The notes under the pieces were generated by a model. The model did no database searches. It had not been told where the DNA came from and was given only the letters and a program-made list of their open reading frames with translations. A stretch of DNA of 64,000 nt from Octopus vulgaris (taxonomy: Eukaryota), in assembly GCA_951406725.2 (NCBI GenBank), contig OX597842.1, forward strand, positions 4,898,001 to 4,962,000, read 5' to 3'. Below, one piece after another: positions 13,521 to 25,531 of this stretch (positions within the stretch are counted from its first letter, which is position 1; every line of letters starts with the position of its first letter). A program made the position numbers and the translations under genes.

Positions 13521-13627
13521 ATTTCTTATACGATGCACCGTTTCATCTACTGTTTAATGGTAAACTAACCTGATTAAATTAAATCAAGCCAATCTACCAT
13601 AGACCCTTAGATTCATCAGTAAGAAAT
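13521..13627 (-). ncRNA. Second (inverted) copy of the same hammerhead ribozyme
   Basis: Reverse complement of 14026-14141 with an intact core; lacks a 9-nt duplication in the stem II loop. Confidence 0.8.
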
Positions 13628-14025
13628 AGCCAAGTCGGAAATTACAGGGTAAATGTTTTTTAATTTTCTCCTGGTTTACGGAATTGATGTTATTTTGCGG
13701 TTAAAGCTTTTGGCTGTTATTTCTAGTGGGTGAATGGCCTATTATGGCCGTTCCTTGATTGTGATGTTGAACTTAAAAATGGTTTATGACTATTTAATTT
13801 TTTCCCACTAGGCCGCTGGTGGCAAAAGAATTCTACAAAATTTTTTGCCACCCTATATTGATTAATTATGAATTTTCTGGTTAATTCCGTAATGGAATCG
13901 GCGGCTTATATTTATTTGCTGCCGATAAATTTGGCGCGAGTTGCGACGATTTGAAAATTTTAGGTCAGATATTGCCGAGGCAGCAACGGGAATGCCTCGT
14001 GAAAAATATCTGTTCCGACTTGGCT

Positions 14026-14141
14026 ATTTCTTACTGATGAATCTAAGGGCCTATGGTAGATTGGCTTGATTTAATTTAATCAATTTAATCAGGTTAGTTT
14101 ACCATTAAACAGTAGATGAAACGGTGCATCGTATAAGAAAT
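14026..14141 (+). ncRNA. Type I hammerhead ribozyme with extended stem II
   Basis: Stem I ATTTCTTA/TAAGAAAT; core CTGATGA (14034-14040); stem II ATCTA...TAGAT; GAAA (14118-14121); stem III ACGGTGCATCGT; GUA cleavage triplet ending 14133. Confidence 0.85.
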
Positions 14142-14366
14142 TACAGGGTAAATGTTTTTTAATTTTCTCCTGGTTTACGGAATTGATGTTATTTTGCGGT
14201 TAAAGCTTTTGGCTGTTATTTCTAGTGGGTGAATGGCCTATTATGGCCGTTCCTTGATTGTGATGTTGAACTTAAAAATGGTTTATGACTATTTAATTTT
14301 TTCCCACTAGGCCGCTGGTGGCAAAAGAATTCTACAAAATTTTTTTTGCCACCCTATATTGATTAA

Positions 14367-14397
<31 letters not shown>

Positions 14398-14589
14398 TAT
14401 ATTAATATACACACACACATATATATTTATATGCATGTATATATATTTATGTACACACATATATATATACACATACATGTATATTTATATGCATGTATAT
14501 ATTTATCATCATCATTGTTTAATGTCTGTTTTCCATGCTGTCATGTGTTGCATGGTTTGACTGAGGATTGGAGGGCAGCTCCAATCTGA

Positions 14590-16760
14590 TATTTGTCCTC
14601 ATCTTATTTGTTGTTAACACAATGTTTCGGCTGATATACCCCTCCAGCCTTCTTCAGGTGTCTTGGGGAAATTTCAAACCTGGGTTCTCGGAATCTTGGG
14701 GTTAGTAGCCCATGCTCTTAACCACTACGCTATATGTCTGTGGGCAATTATGGAGTGAATTTTAGGGCTTATAAATCTAGTATTTTTTTATCCTTCCTTA
14801 ATACCAGTTCCCATATGCTATTCATATCTGCACTCTTAACCACTACATGGGCAATTATGGAGTGAATTTTAGGGCTTATAAATCTACTATTTTCCTTAAT
14901 ACTGGTTCCCATATGCTATTCATATCTGCATTCGGTCTGCTTAGGAGGTTATTATGTCCTAGCATATGTGCTGCTTCTTTTAGTTTTCGTATTTCCCAGT
15001 GGTGTTCTCTGTCTATTATTTTAACTTCGTCCCACAGGGGGAGGTGGTCTCCATTTTCCCATACATGATCAGCTATAACCAATTTATCAATATCTCCTTG
15101 TGTCACAGCTTTGTGATGTTCGCCTATCCTTATTTTGAGGGGGTGGCATGTTTCCCCTTTGTACGATCTACCACAGCTGCATGGGATGGAGTACACACAG
15201 TCTTTGGTCATATTCTCTTCTGTTGGTGATTTTACTCGAAGGAGACATTTGCGAAGTATTGTATTACTCTTGAATACTGTCCTGATGTCATATGGGCCGC
15301 ATATCTTTCGTATCTTTTCAGAGAGGCCTTTCACATAGGGTAGACAGACTGTGGACAGTTTATTGGCCTCATCCTCCCTCTTCTTCATAATTGGAGTGGA
15401 TAGTATACTTTTGGGGTAGTTGTTGCTTAACAGATCTTTATTGAGCTTGATCATTTCTTCTTGGTGTGTATCACGATCGCTACTTATATTCTTTGCACGA
15501 TGTTTTAGGCACTGAGCAATCCCTCTCTTTACACTTTATGGATGGTGGGAATTGAGGTTGAGGTATCATCCAGTGAAGGTTGGCTTGCGATATACGGATG
15601 TCCTGAATCCATACTTGGTGTGTGTTATTAATATGTCCAGGAATGCCAGCTGATTGTCTTTTTCTTTTTCCATTGTGAACTGTATGGATGGCTTTATTGA
15701 GTTCATATGATCTAACAGCACTTGAACATATTCCTGGTGGGGCCAGAGTATAAAGGTGTCATCAGCATATCGTAGCCATAGTGTTGGTTTTAGTGGTGTT
15801 GGTTCTGAAGCCAAATTCTCAAAGTATTCCATGTATATATTGGCTATTACGTGTGATAATGGCGAACCCATAGCTAAACCCTCTTCTTGTTGATATATAT
15901 TAGAGTCCATTCTGAAGTAGGTAGTTTCTACACACAAGGTCAACATTTCCATTAGGTTTCTTATTGGTATACTAGTGCGTTCTCTTAAATGGGTGTCTGT
16001 CACTAGTTTTTCTTGAATCATCAATAGTGCTTCACCAGTTGGGACTTTGGTGAACAGACTTATCACATCTAGACTCACCATCTGGTTGGATTCAGTGGGA
16101 GTATCCTTGATCAATTCTGTGAAGTGGGTGGAATTCTTCACGTATGATGTTGACTTTCCTGCTCATGGACTGATTATATCCACAAGGAAGCGGCTCAGTG
16201 GATGACATGCTGAACCACTACAGCTCACTATATGTCTTAATGGATTACCATCCTTGTGAATCCTAGGGAGACCGTACATGTGTGGTAGTTTACTGTGGTG
16301 TTGAGTCAGTTGTCTGTACTTCATTGGTGTAAAGTGATCCTTGTTCTTGATCAAGATCTGTGACAACTTCCTCTCTGTTTTCAAAGTAGGGTCTTTCTTT
16401 ACTTTGCTGTAGCTACCATCACTTAAAAGACTTGCCAACTTTTCAGAGTAGTCAGACTTGTTCATCACCACTGTAGCATTTCCCTTGTCTGCTGGGCATA
16501 TGGCATAGTGGTTAAGATCGCGGGCTACTAACCCCAAGATTCCAAGTAGTGACCTGAATAATAACAATAATAATAATAATAATGACATCGAAAAATACCT
16601 TAGGAATGAGAACCCAGGTTTGAAATTTCCCCAAGACACCTGAAAAAGGCTTGAGGGTATATCAGCCGAAATGTTGTGTTAACAATAAACAAGGTGAGGA
16701 CAAATATCTGTCAAATGTAAATAATGTACATAATTCCTCATCTCTTAAATATAGAACTGG
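14590..16760 (-). mobile_element. Penelope-like retroelement, 5'-truncated and disrupted (RT + GIY-YIG endonuclease), with 3' terminal repeat and an inverted terminal-repeat copy at the 5' end
   Basis: ORF pieces: PADKGNATVVM, SLDVISLFTKVP, GLAMGSPLS, WLRYADDTF, FLDI, VYRKPT, then CVYSIPCSCGRSYKGET..RIGEH (GIY-YIG); 14590-14780 is inverted relative to 16494-16720. Confidence 0.9.
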
Positions 16761-17240
16761 GTAGTTATACTGTTTTAAACATTTGTTTAGTCCCATCGAG
16801 AAATCTGCAGATACACAAATTTTATTGTTCTTCATTTTTACATACACTGTTGGAGATGTCCAATCTGAATAGTCGATCTTTTCAATCACTGCTATTTTTT
16901 CCAGTCTGTCTAATTCCTTATTCACTTGTTCCAGTGCTACAAACAGTACATTATGGTTGGATTTGAAAATTTGTAATGAATTTTCTTTTACCTAAAATTT
17001 TGCTTTAAATTTATTGCAAGAAATGAAATTCCAATGGAAGTCTTCTATGATATGTTTGATGTACCAATACCTAAACAAATTGTGGAAACTACATGTTCAA
17101 GTATGAGAAAAAGAAAACGAACAGAAGTACTTGAAATAGATCCTAAGTGCAAAAGTTTAGTCCCATCGAGAAATCTAGGCAGAGTTAAATTCTCAAAAAG
17201 TGGAGACGTTATGACTGAAGGTGGATTAACGAATTTACTA
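16760..17240 (-). mobile_element. Gypsy/Ty3 LTR retrotransposon pol fragment
   Basis: ELDRLEKIAVIEKIDYSDWTSPTVYV..NNKICVSADFSMGLN...YP (RT N-terminus). Confidence 0.75.
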
Positions 17241-17851
17241 AAATAAATAAGAACGGAGTGAACTGTCAAGGGGATAGTTGACAGTGTTAGTTTGACATGT
17301 ATTGGTTTAATAGTAGTTGAACAGTGAATACTGAGTATTGTACCTATGTTTGAGTAGTACGAAGTGCATCCTGTGCTAACATATATTTCTACGATAGGTT
17401 ATATTTAGATAACCATAACCAACTATTTGTGTAATGTCATTTTACATCAGACATGTATACCCACGTCATAACATCTTTCATCACACATCCTGTGACCTTT
17501 TCAGTGACTCTTTATCCCATGTGTCTCCGAGACATGTGGGATAAAGAGTCACTGAAGAGGTCACAGGATGTGTGAGGAAAGAGCTTTGACAAAGAAACTA
17601 AAGATAATAATAATAATAATTAATAATAATAATAAAACTAAAGTGAAGATCAAATAGATAGTGTGTGTGCTTAATTGGCAAAAAATGACCATCCTCAAGT
17701 ATAACAATAAATGTTTGAAGACAATTCCAAATCAAGAATCTTGCAAAATAAATACATAAACATAAAATAAAGGTTGAACATTAAAATATTTTCACAATGC
17801 AGTTTGTTGGCAACAGTTAATTGTAATGAGGCTTAATTATAATTCTTCCAG

Positions 17852-17896
17852 TGTACAGAAGAAAGAAGAGAAGATGCAAGAGACATCCACCACCAA
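17852..17896 (+). CDS. REXO4: REXO4 exon 3, 45-nt symmetric exon (S-VQKKEEKMQETSTT-K)
   Basis: Acceptor TTCTTCCAG, donor GTAAGT at 17897; phase 2/2; open frame; gives a total of 423 aa, the usual size for the family. Confidence 0.65.
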
Positions 17897-17957
17897 GTAA
17901 GTCTGCCAGCAGTTGTGCTGTTGTTTTTAGCAATTAAGCATGTTCCATATTTTGCCT

Positions 17958-18240
17958 ACCATGGAAGTCACCAGTGAACCATGCTATATTCTTAATATAT
18001 ACCATGGGAGTTGCCAGTAACTTGCTACCCTGTATTCTTACCATGACAGTTACCAGTGACTCGCCATTCTATGTTTTTAACATATCATGGGAGTTGCCAG
18101 TGACTCACCGTGCCATATTCTTAATATTCCATGGGAGTCACTAGTGATTTACCATACTATATCTTTTATATTCCATGGGAGTCACCAGGAACTCATTGTG
18201 TTATATTCTTAATATACCATAGGGGGCTCCAGCGACTCCT
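17958..18240. repeat. Minisatellite, ~44-bp unit x ~6.5
   Basis: Recurring CCATGGGAGT(T/C)(G/A)CCAGTGACTC....TATATTCTTAATAT. Confidence 0.8.
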
Positions 18241-20625
18241 GATGGTGATGTATTTTTAGCCCTTTTGTTACCCTGTTGAAATATACCAACTTTATTTCAA
18301 TTAATTTTAAAGATAATGAAAAATTTACTCGGATAGTTATCATTATTAAACCAGTGTTTGGGACATAACCCAAAATTTTGGTGGAAGGTTTTAATTTACA
18401 TTACCTTAAAACTAGCCATTTGTATGATAGAACCAAGGGTGGCTTCAGACAGATTCATATGAAAAGGGTTAAGGAGTTTCACATTTCCATGAGTCAAACC
18501 ACATTATTTGAATTTTAGGAAATATACAGAACATGTTTCATTGTTTGTACGAGCAACCCCCCCCCCCCCCATCCAATGGACGGTGCTGAGTTGCCAAACA
18601 TTCAAACCAAATTTTCTCAAAACAACTTGTTTGACCGTCCCATAGGCCTCTCCTTTGAGAAACACTGATTTAACCTAAATTTGAGACACCAAACAGGCCA
18701 GCTTTTTTTGAGCAAACTGCATGTGCATTTTTCTTGCATACACGTAGTATCGATCGCAACAGCTGATGTACTTGCGTGTACAAATGCACATTCCCATGGC
18801 TTTATTGATCCCATTCTCACCTGGAATCGATTTTTGTAATTTTTTCAAGGCTTATACACGCCCTGATACCGTCGGTATCTACATATCAAAATTGAGCGCA
18901 ATCGGATGGAGGATGCCCAAGATCCTAGAAGACACACAGACAGACAGAACGGATTTTATAGAATAGATTATGCCTGAAAATGTTGTGGTTTCTTCTGTTT
19001 CTCTTGCTTTCTTCTAAGCTTTTGTTTGCCAAATCATTTAATTTCTAACACTATACAGGTGCAGGTGCGGCTGTGTGGTAAGAAGTTTGCTTCGCAACCA
19101 CATGAGTATGTGTGTGTGTGTGTGTGTAGCACCTTCGGCAAGTGTCTTCTCCTATAGCCTTGGGCTGACCAAAGCCTTGTGAGTGGATTTGGTAGACGGG
19201 AACTAAAAGTGATTCATTGTGTATATGTACGTGTGTGTGTGTGTCCACCATCACCCCCACTTGACAACTGGTTTTGGTGTGTTTACATAACTTAGAGATT
19301 CAGCAAAAGAGACCAATAGAATAAGTACTAGGCTTAGAAATTAATCCTGGGGTCAATTTGTTCAGCTAAAAACCCTTCAAGGTGGTGCTCCAGCATGGCT
19401 GCAGTCAAATAACTGAAATAAGTAAAAGATAAAAGTTATCCTCCAGATTTTCTTCACCTAATTTTCTGTAAATATCAACTGTCCCGAAATATTTGTTCTT
19501 GGCTTCCTAGTAAAAAGACCAATTTACAAGCCTATTCCACTCTGATGGGTGATTTGCTGAAGCAATGCATTGAGATGCAGGTTTATGATTGGAAATCTCT
19601 TTGAAATATGTTATTTGGAATCTCTTCTTTTTATTTCTCTTTTTTATGGTTTTTATTTTATGTTACCCCTGTACTGTATTGTCTTCTACCATCTTCAATC
19701 CTTTTGTCAGCTCTTCATTATTGTTATTATTATGAATAACACTACTATTACTGCTACTACTACTACCACTACTATTACTGCTACTACTACTACCACTACT
19801 ACTAAGTCTATTTATGCAAAAAAACTATAACTATGCACTCTATGGGAGCTGGGCCCACCCAGGTCATGACTCGTAGGTGTCCTCCTTCTACTTTCCAAAA
19901 TCTCGTCTCCGGTATGATTTGAATTTGGGTTCTTTTGTTCCCAGGTCCGTGTTTCAGTCCACCAGGCCACTCTAGCTGACGAAAGTTCCAGTTCCCTTCT
20001 TCCTTCTAACAGTTATATTTAAAAAATAGTAAAAGATCAAGATGAAACATAATGTAAACAAAAACACGTGTGTCTAGCAGATATAAACAACACATTCACT
20101 AACAGAAAAAAGCCATAGAGAGTCAGACGTATACTTATTTATATTGAAAATGAAAAAATATATTATTAGAAGCTTCTAGCTAAATAAAACTATATTTAAA
20201 TTGATTCAATATTTGAACATATATGATTTATTCAAAAAAAATCTCCCTCTCAAAAATTGCCCAGCTCAGGGGAGACATTCAAAAATGAATAAGAAACAAA
20301 TATATGAAGGAAAAAATTATTATTAATTTATAGGGAATAAATACGTATACACCTAACACAGGAATATTCATACATACAAATATACACACACACTCTCAAA
20401 CATACACATATGTTTGTATGGGAAGATACAAACATATAATTAACAAATATCTATTCACATAAATCATATATAAATTTTTTTCTCTCCTTGTTTTTTGTGT
20501 CCCTTTCTGTAGAAGAGCGTAGGCTCAAAACGTAAACATCTTTTTCTATTCCTGAGTGTTATACTAATACATCTGTTTGTTTTGTACACCTCCTGTCTTC
20601 ATCTTTTGCTTTTTTCGTAAACTCT

Positions 20626-20664
<39 letters not shown>

Positions 20665-20989
20665 TACATACACACCATCAAAACCCTTCTGATGATCTTC
20701 CTTATTCCTAAGAGGCAAACCAGGACATTCCATTTGTCTATTTTATCACTCTCAGCTGAGAGATCCTTGTCTTGTGTCCTTGTGAGTGTTGGTGCCACAT
20801 AAAAAGCACTCATCTCATGTAAAAAAAGGCACATGTGATGGTATCATGTGAAAAGCACCCAAAACACTCTGTAAAGTGGTTGGTATTAGGAAGGGTATCC
20901 AGCTGAAGGAACCAAACCAAAATAGACTGAAGCCTGGTGTGGATCCTGGCCATTTCAGCTCCTGTCAAACTGTTCAACACATACCAGCT

Positions 20990-21150
20990 TGGAAAACGGG
21001 CTATAAATGATGAAGATGATGATAGTCCCAAATGCATCAATTATCACAGGTACAGTCTTTACAGACTTCATCTTCCAGATCCTTGCAATCTGAAATTTTA
21101 AGGGGTAGTTTTTCAGCGTTTTGTCTGCTTTCTTCACAATGATTGTATCA
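20990..21150 (-). mobile_element. R4-like RLE LINE 3' fragment
   Basis: K..Y.LKFQIARIWKMKSVKTVPVIIDAFGT resembles the KYxDL...VPVIIGALG terminus. Confidence 0.5.
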
Positions 21151-21399
21151 CATGAACAAGGCTATGGATTGATTTTTAGTCTTCAAGAAAATGCATTGTA
21201 GTATTTCTTCATGTTCTGAATTCATATACTGTGGAAGTTAACTTTGCCTCTCTTCCTTTTGGAGTTAATAAAATAAAATACTAGTTATGTATTGGTCCCA
21301 TACCTTAAATTAGAAATTCTTTTTAGGGTGTTAAATTGGCAGAATCATTCATTAAATCATATCTGAGTAGCAGATCTGTAGTGAGTGATTAAGCCTCTT

Positions 21400-24300
21400 C
21401 GTCCTGATGGGTGTGAAGGGTACCACTGGCTGAGGTGGCTGTTCAGGCCAAGGACCACAAGGCAAGCACACAGGCCACTCTAGCTGACGAAAGATCCAGT
21501 TCCCTTCTTCCTTCTATTCCTGTAAATAACCAATGGAATCCATCACCAGGTCCAACAGGTTGATGCAGCCATGAATCCTTGTGATCCAACTTCAACTGGT
21601 TTCACAGAACAATGGTAACCCTCACTCCTCAGCTGCTTTGCCAGCTCACCATATTTGCTTATCTCAAAAATGTGCTGCTCTTCTGTGCAGTTCTCATATG
21701 ACAATTCAGTGAGAATCACCTTGGGTAGTTCTTGCACTTCTCACTGATGTCTGCAGCAATTTCCCAAGAATCCTTGCCTCCAAGTAGGTTTCCTCCTGTT
21801 CAAATTCATATCCCTTTGTGCCAACCCACTCCTTTCCTTCTTTGGTTATGAAGGCCACTTTTGGTTGTATCCCACTGCATTTAGTCCCAGATTGAAGTGG
21901 TCAATTCTTCCAGTATTCTTGTGCTTCCATGTGTATCTGCCATCAGGAACTCAGGACATGGTCCACTGACTGGGATTTATCCTTGCACAGGGGACATATT
22001 GACATGTCTTCCATGCCCCATGTTAAAAAGTTGGTGCTTGAAGGAAGCTGGTCATAAGTTGCTCTTATTATGAAACTCAGCCTGAGTGGTGCCGTGTGCC
22101 ACATGTCATTCTTTGTGAGAGACTTCTGCATTGCTGCATCCCAGGTTGTCCATTGCCCCTACTGAGATTTTCACATACCTGTTTCTTTCCTCTTCACTCC
22201 TAACCTCCTCTATCACAAGATCCCTTTGGACTTTGCCTGCACATTGGTATTGCCCAGTCCTTGCCTTCCTGTCTGAGTAACCTCCATCATTTCTTTGGTC
22301 TTCAGATTCTTTTCAGCATCATCAATTGCACCCGTGACTTTCCACTTCCTTCCTGTCTTTAGGCTGCACTGACCTAACCATGCCATCTTTGGAGTTTTTG
22401 AGCTTTAGTTGCGTCTTGTTTTCTCCGCCCTGTACTCTTTGACTAAAGGTTTGAGAGGCAGTCTCAGTTTTGCCTCAGTCGGACTCCATGGGTACACCAA
22501 GCCACTTTCTGGTGGACCTGTTTTTGTTTTCATTGCTTTCACTGCTGAAATTGCAATTTTGTACATTAGGAGGGGCCATAGCAACATTGGTATCAGCATA
22601 TGCTGAAGACACTAGACATTGCATTTGCTGGGCAGAGGATGCTTGTTGATCTTGAGTAGACCCTCCTCTACAGTCTTGGCTGTTTCCTTCATCTTTCAAG
22701 GTCTTGTCATACCACTTTCTAAGACTTTTCACTGGCTACTCAGATACAGTGGGAATCTTTTGGTTGCCAACTTTGAAGCTAATATCTTCCTTTATTTTCC
22801 ATCTTCTTAGGGAAAGGCTCCTAGATTTCTTGGGTTTGAAAGCTATTCTGCACCAGACTATCAACTTGTCCAGTTGAGCAGATTCTGGGTTTCTGTCTCC
22901 TTTGATGCAAGAATAATAGTGTTGTCCATGCAGGCTTTCAAGGGTGGCATCTTACATCCATTGCCAAGATCTGCTGCTCTTGCTTTGCTTTCTACAACCC
23001 TGAGAAGTATGTGTCACCATCACAAATAGTATTGGTGACACTGCACAACCCATCGCAATTCCAACCTCCAATCTAGCTCAGGCAGTTGTATATCTGTCGA
23101 TGCTGAACTGCATCTGAAACTCTGAGAAGTAGGAATCCAGCATTTTGTGTATTTCTATTGGTACATGATGTATCTAGAGTGCCATCTGATGAGGAACAGA
23201 GCCACATGCGTTTGCTACGTCTAACCAGACTCTATCAAGGTCAGTCTTATTCTCTCTTGTCTTCTGAATAGCTTCCTAGATCATGCTGCCATGTTCAAGG
23301 CCTCCAGCCTGGCACACCACCCTTCTGAACAGATGTGTCTACATAGCGATTATGAAGTAGATAATTGATCAGTCTGAGAGCCATTATTGAGAAGAATATC
23401 TTCCCTTCAACATTGAGTGAAATTGGTTGGAACCGGTTGATTCCTTTTGAGTCTTTGTTTTTTTGATATGTACACTCCATAAGGGACCATCTTATTCTTC
23501 TAAACCAGTGCAAGCCTTTCATGCAACCATTTCAGCATATTTAGGCATTTCTTATACAAGAGATATGGTATGCCATTTGCCATTTGACTTGTTCTTTTCC
23601 TTATTGACAACTTTCCTGACTTCAGTATGTGTTGGAGACTTGTTGTTGAATTCCGCCCCAGGACGATTTGGTCACACCGGGTTTGTATTATGGTCAAATG
23701 GTTGTAGTTGTTTAGGGCTGGAATACATCTTCCTGAGGTAAACTTCAAGAGACTCTTTCTCAATATCCAGTACACCTGACTATGATTGATCAAAGAGGCT
23801 CTTAGCATATTTGAATGGATTACTGAATAGCTGGTCTTGCTCTTTTTACTGTTTAAGTCTTCTTTTCCTCAGGTATTCTGCTCTGCTGAGGGAGCTGTGC
23901 TTTTCTTTGAGGTCTTTCCAAATCTTCAACAGATCTTCCTTCTCAGGAAGAGATCTGCATTTGTTTCTTCAGGCACTTCTTTCTCTGTCTTATGGATTCC
24001 ATCTGCCACTTATTCTTTCTGGTTGGTTGGTTGCTCTTCTCTTCTTTAACACCAAAATGCTCTCTGCAAATACTGTACATTATTTCACCAGAAGCCTAGT
24101 TGCTTGTCATACTTCAAGGCTCCCATGTTCCTTCACTGCTCATTGGAGAGAATTTGATTCTTGGCTATCTTGCTTTGTGCCTCTTGGGATTGCACTCCCA
24201 CTGTAGATTCATTTTCTTGGGTGTCCTCAGCACTGTTTTGTGACCTGGTTTTGGTCTCCTAATGTCTTCTCTGCATTCGCAGTGTGCTACTTCTGCGTTT

Positions 24301-24760
24301 TGGTGGCACATTTCATTTTTGTTGGATGAATCTTCATTCCTTTTTCAGAGGCGAATTTCCAACCACAGATACATTGGAAGTCTGCTGTCTGTTGTTCTGA
24401 CCTCATAGTCCTTGGTACATTCCGGGTTATTCCCTGTGTCAGTCCTGTGGATCCAGCATTCTCAGCCCCCTTTTGGCCACATTTTCTCTTGATATAGAAG
24501 AGCCAGGGGAATTTATCACAGGAGAGGGTTGGCAGGGAACGAGGAAGTGCGAGTCACTCTTTGTGTCTGATTCCTGCCTCTTGCCATCTGTTATTTTCTC
24601 TTTGGTCCGTTCCCTTGATGATGACATGCCATCACTTTGGGTGATCCTTGGTAATTGTCTCCCAGGTATTTGGGTCAATAGAGCTGCAGAGGAAGGTAAT
24701 GGTGATCTGGTTTCAGAAATAGAATTGTGTGTGTGTGGAGGGGTGCTTTGCATTGCCTAG
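21400..24760 (-). mobile_element. Restriction-like-endonuclease non-LTR retrotransposon (HERO-like), heavily decayed
   Basis: FQPISLNVEGKIFFSI..YVDTSVQKGGVPG; LSFIIRATYDQLPS; CPLC..HVLSS; SKYGELAKQL..VEVGSQG. Confidence 0.8.
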
Positions 24761-25417
24761 TGCTTTAATCACTAGACCAAAGAAAAAAGCATTTTGTAGC
24801 AGTTGTTCTGGCTCTTTAAGTTTTGAGTTCAAATCCTGTCAAGGTCAACTTTACTTTTCGTCCATCTTTTCTGGAGTCATTATCATTTGGTGTCCATTTT
24901 CCATGCTGGCATGGGTTGGATGGTTTGATAGGAATTGGTAAGCCAGAGAGTTACCCCAACTATCTGTTTTGACATAGTTTCTATGGTTTGATGTCCTTCC
25001 CAATGCCAACCACTTTGCAGACTGCTGGGTGCTTTCGTGTGGCACCATTGCCAGGGCTTTTTACATGGTGCCAGCACGAGTGCTTTTTATGTGGCACCAG
25101 CACAGGTGCTGACATGATATGCTCTTTATGTGGCACTGGCACAGGGTCCATTTTATGTGACACCAGCACGAATGCTTTTTTTTACGTGATGCCAGCACAG
25201 GTCCAGGTCCTTTTTACATGACAGTGGTACAGGTGCTCGTTTACATGGAGCTGACACAGATTCCTTACTACATGGCACTGGCATGGGAGCCGTCAATGAA
25301 ATAAAATACCAGTCTAGTTCTGGCTTGATGTAATCAATAAACCCTTCCCCTTAAAATTGCTGTTCTTCTTCCTAAATTAGAAACAGTTGTTATTGATGTT
25401 TTTGTTTTACCTTTCAG

Positions 25418-25531
25418 AAAAGCTGATATCTGGTTTGATGATGTAGATGAGGCACTGATTGAATCTGCAGCCCTTTGTGATGAACCTATTGAATCTGAGA
25501 TGAAGCTGATGCAAGCCACTGCTTCCAGCAA
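25418..25531 (+). CDS. REXO4: REXO4 exon 4 (KADIWFDDVDEALIESAAL...)
   Basis: Acceptor CTTTCAG; conserved REXO4 motif DIWFDDVD; donor GTCAGT at 25532; phase 2/2. Confidence 0.9.

Larger units (their letters stand above)
13396..14366 (+). mobile_element. Non-coding HHR-bearing retroelement (retrozyme-like / non-autonomous Penelope-like): inverted 5' copy plus about 1.45 tandem units of ~500 nt
   Basis: 13638-13865 repeats at 14137-14366 (offset 499); 13398-13640 is the reverse complement of ~14013-14265; flanked by (TA)n; no ORF. Confidence 0.75.

Noticed and set aside
17958-18240. Possible CRISPR array
   Set aside because: Degenerate head-to-tail minisatellite with no unique spacers
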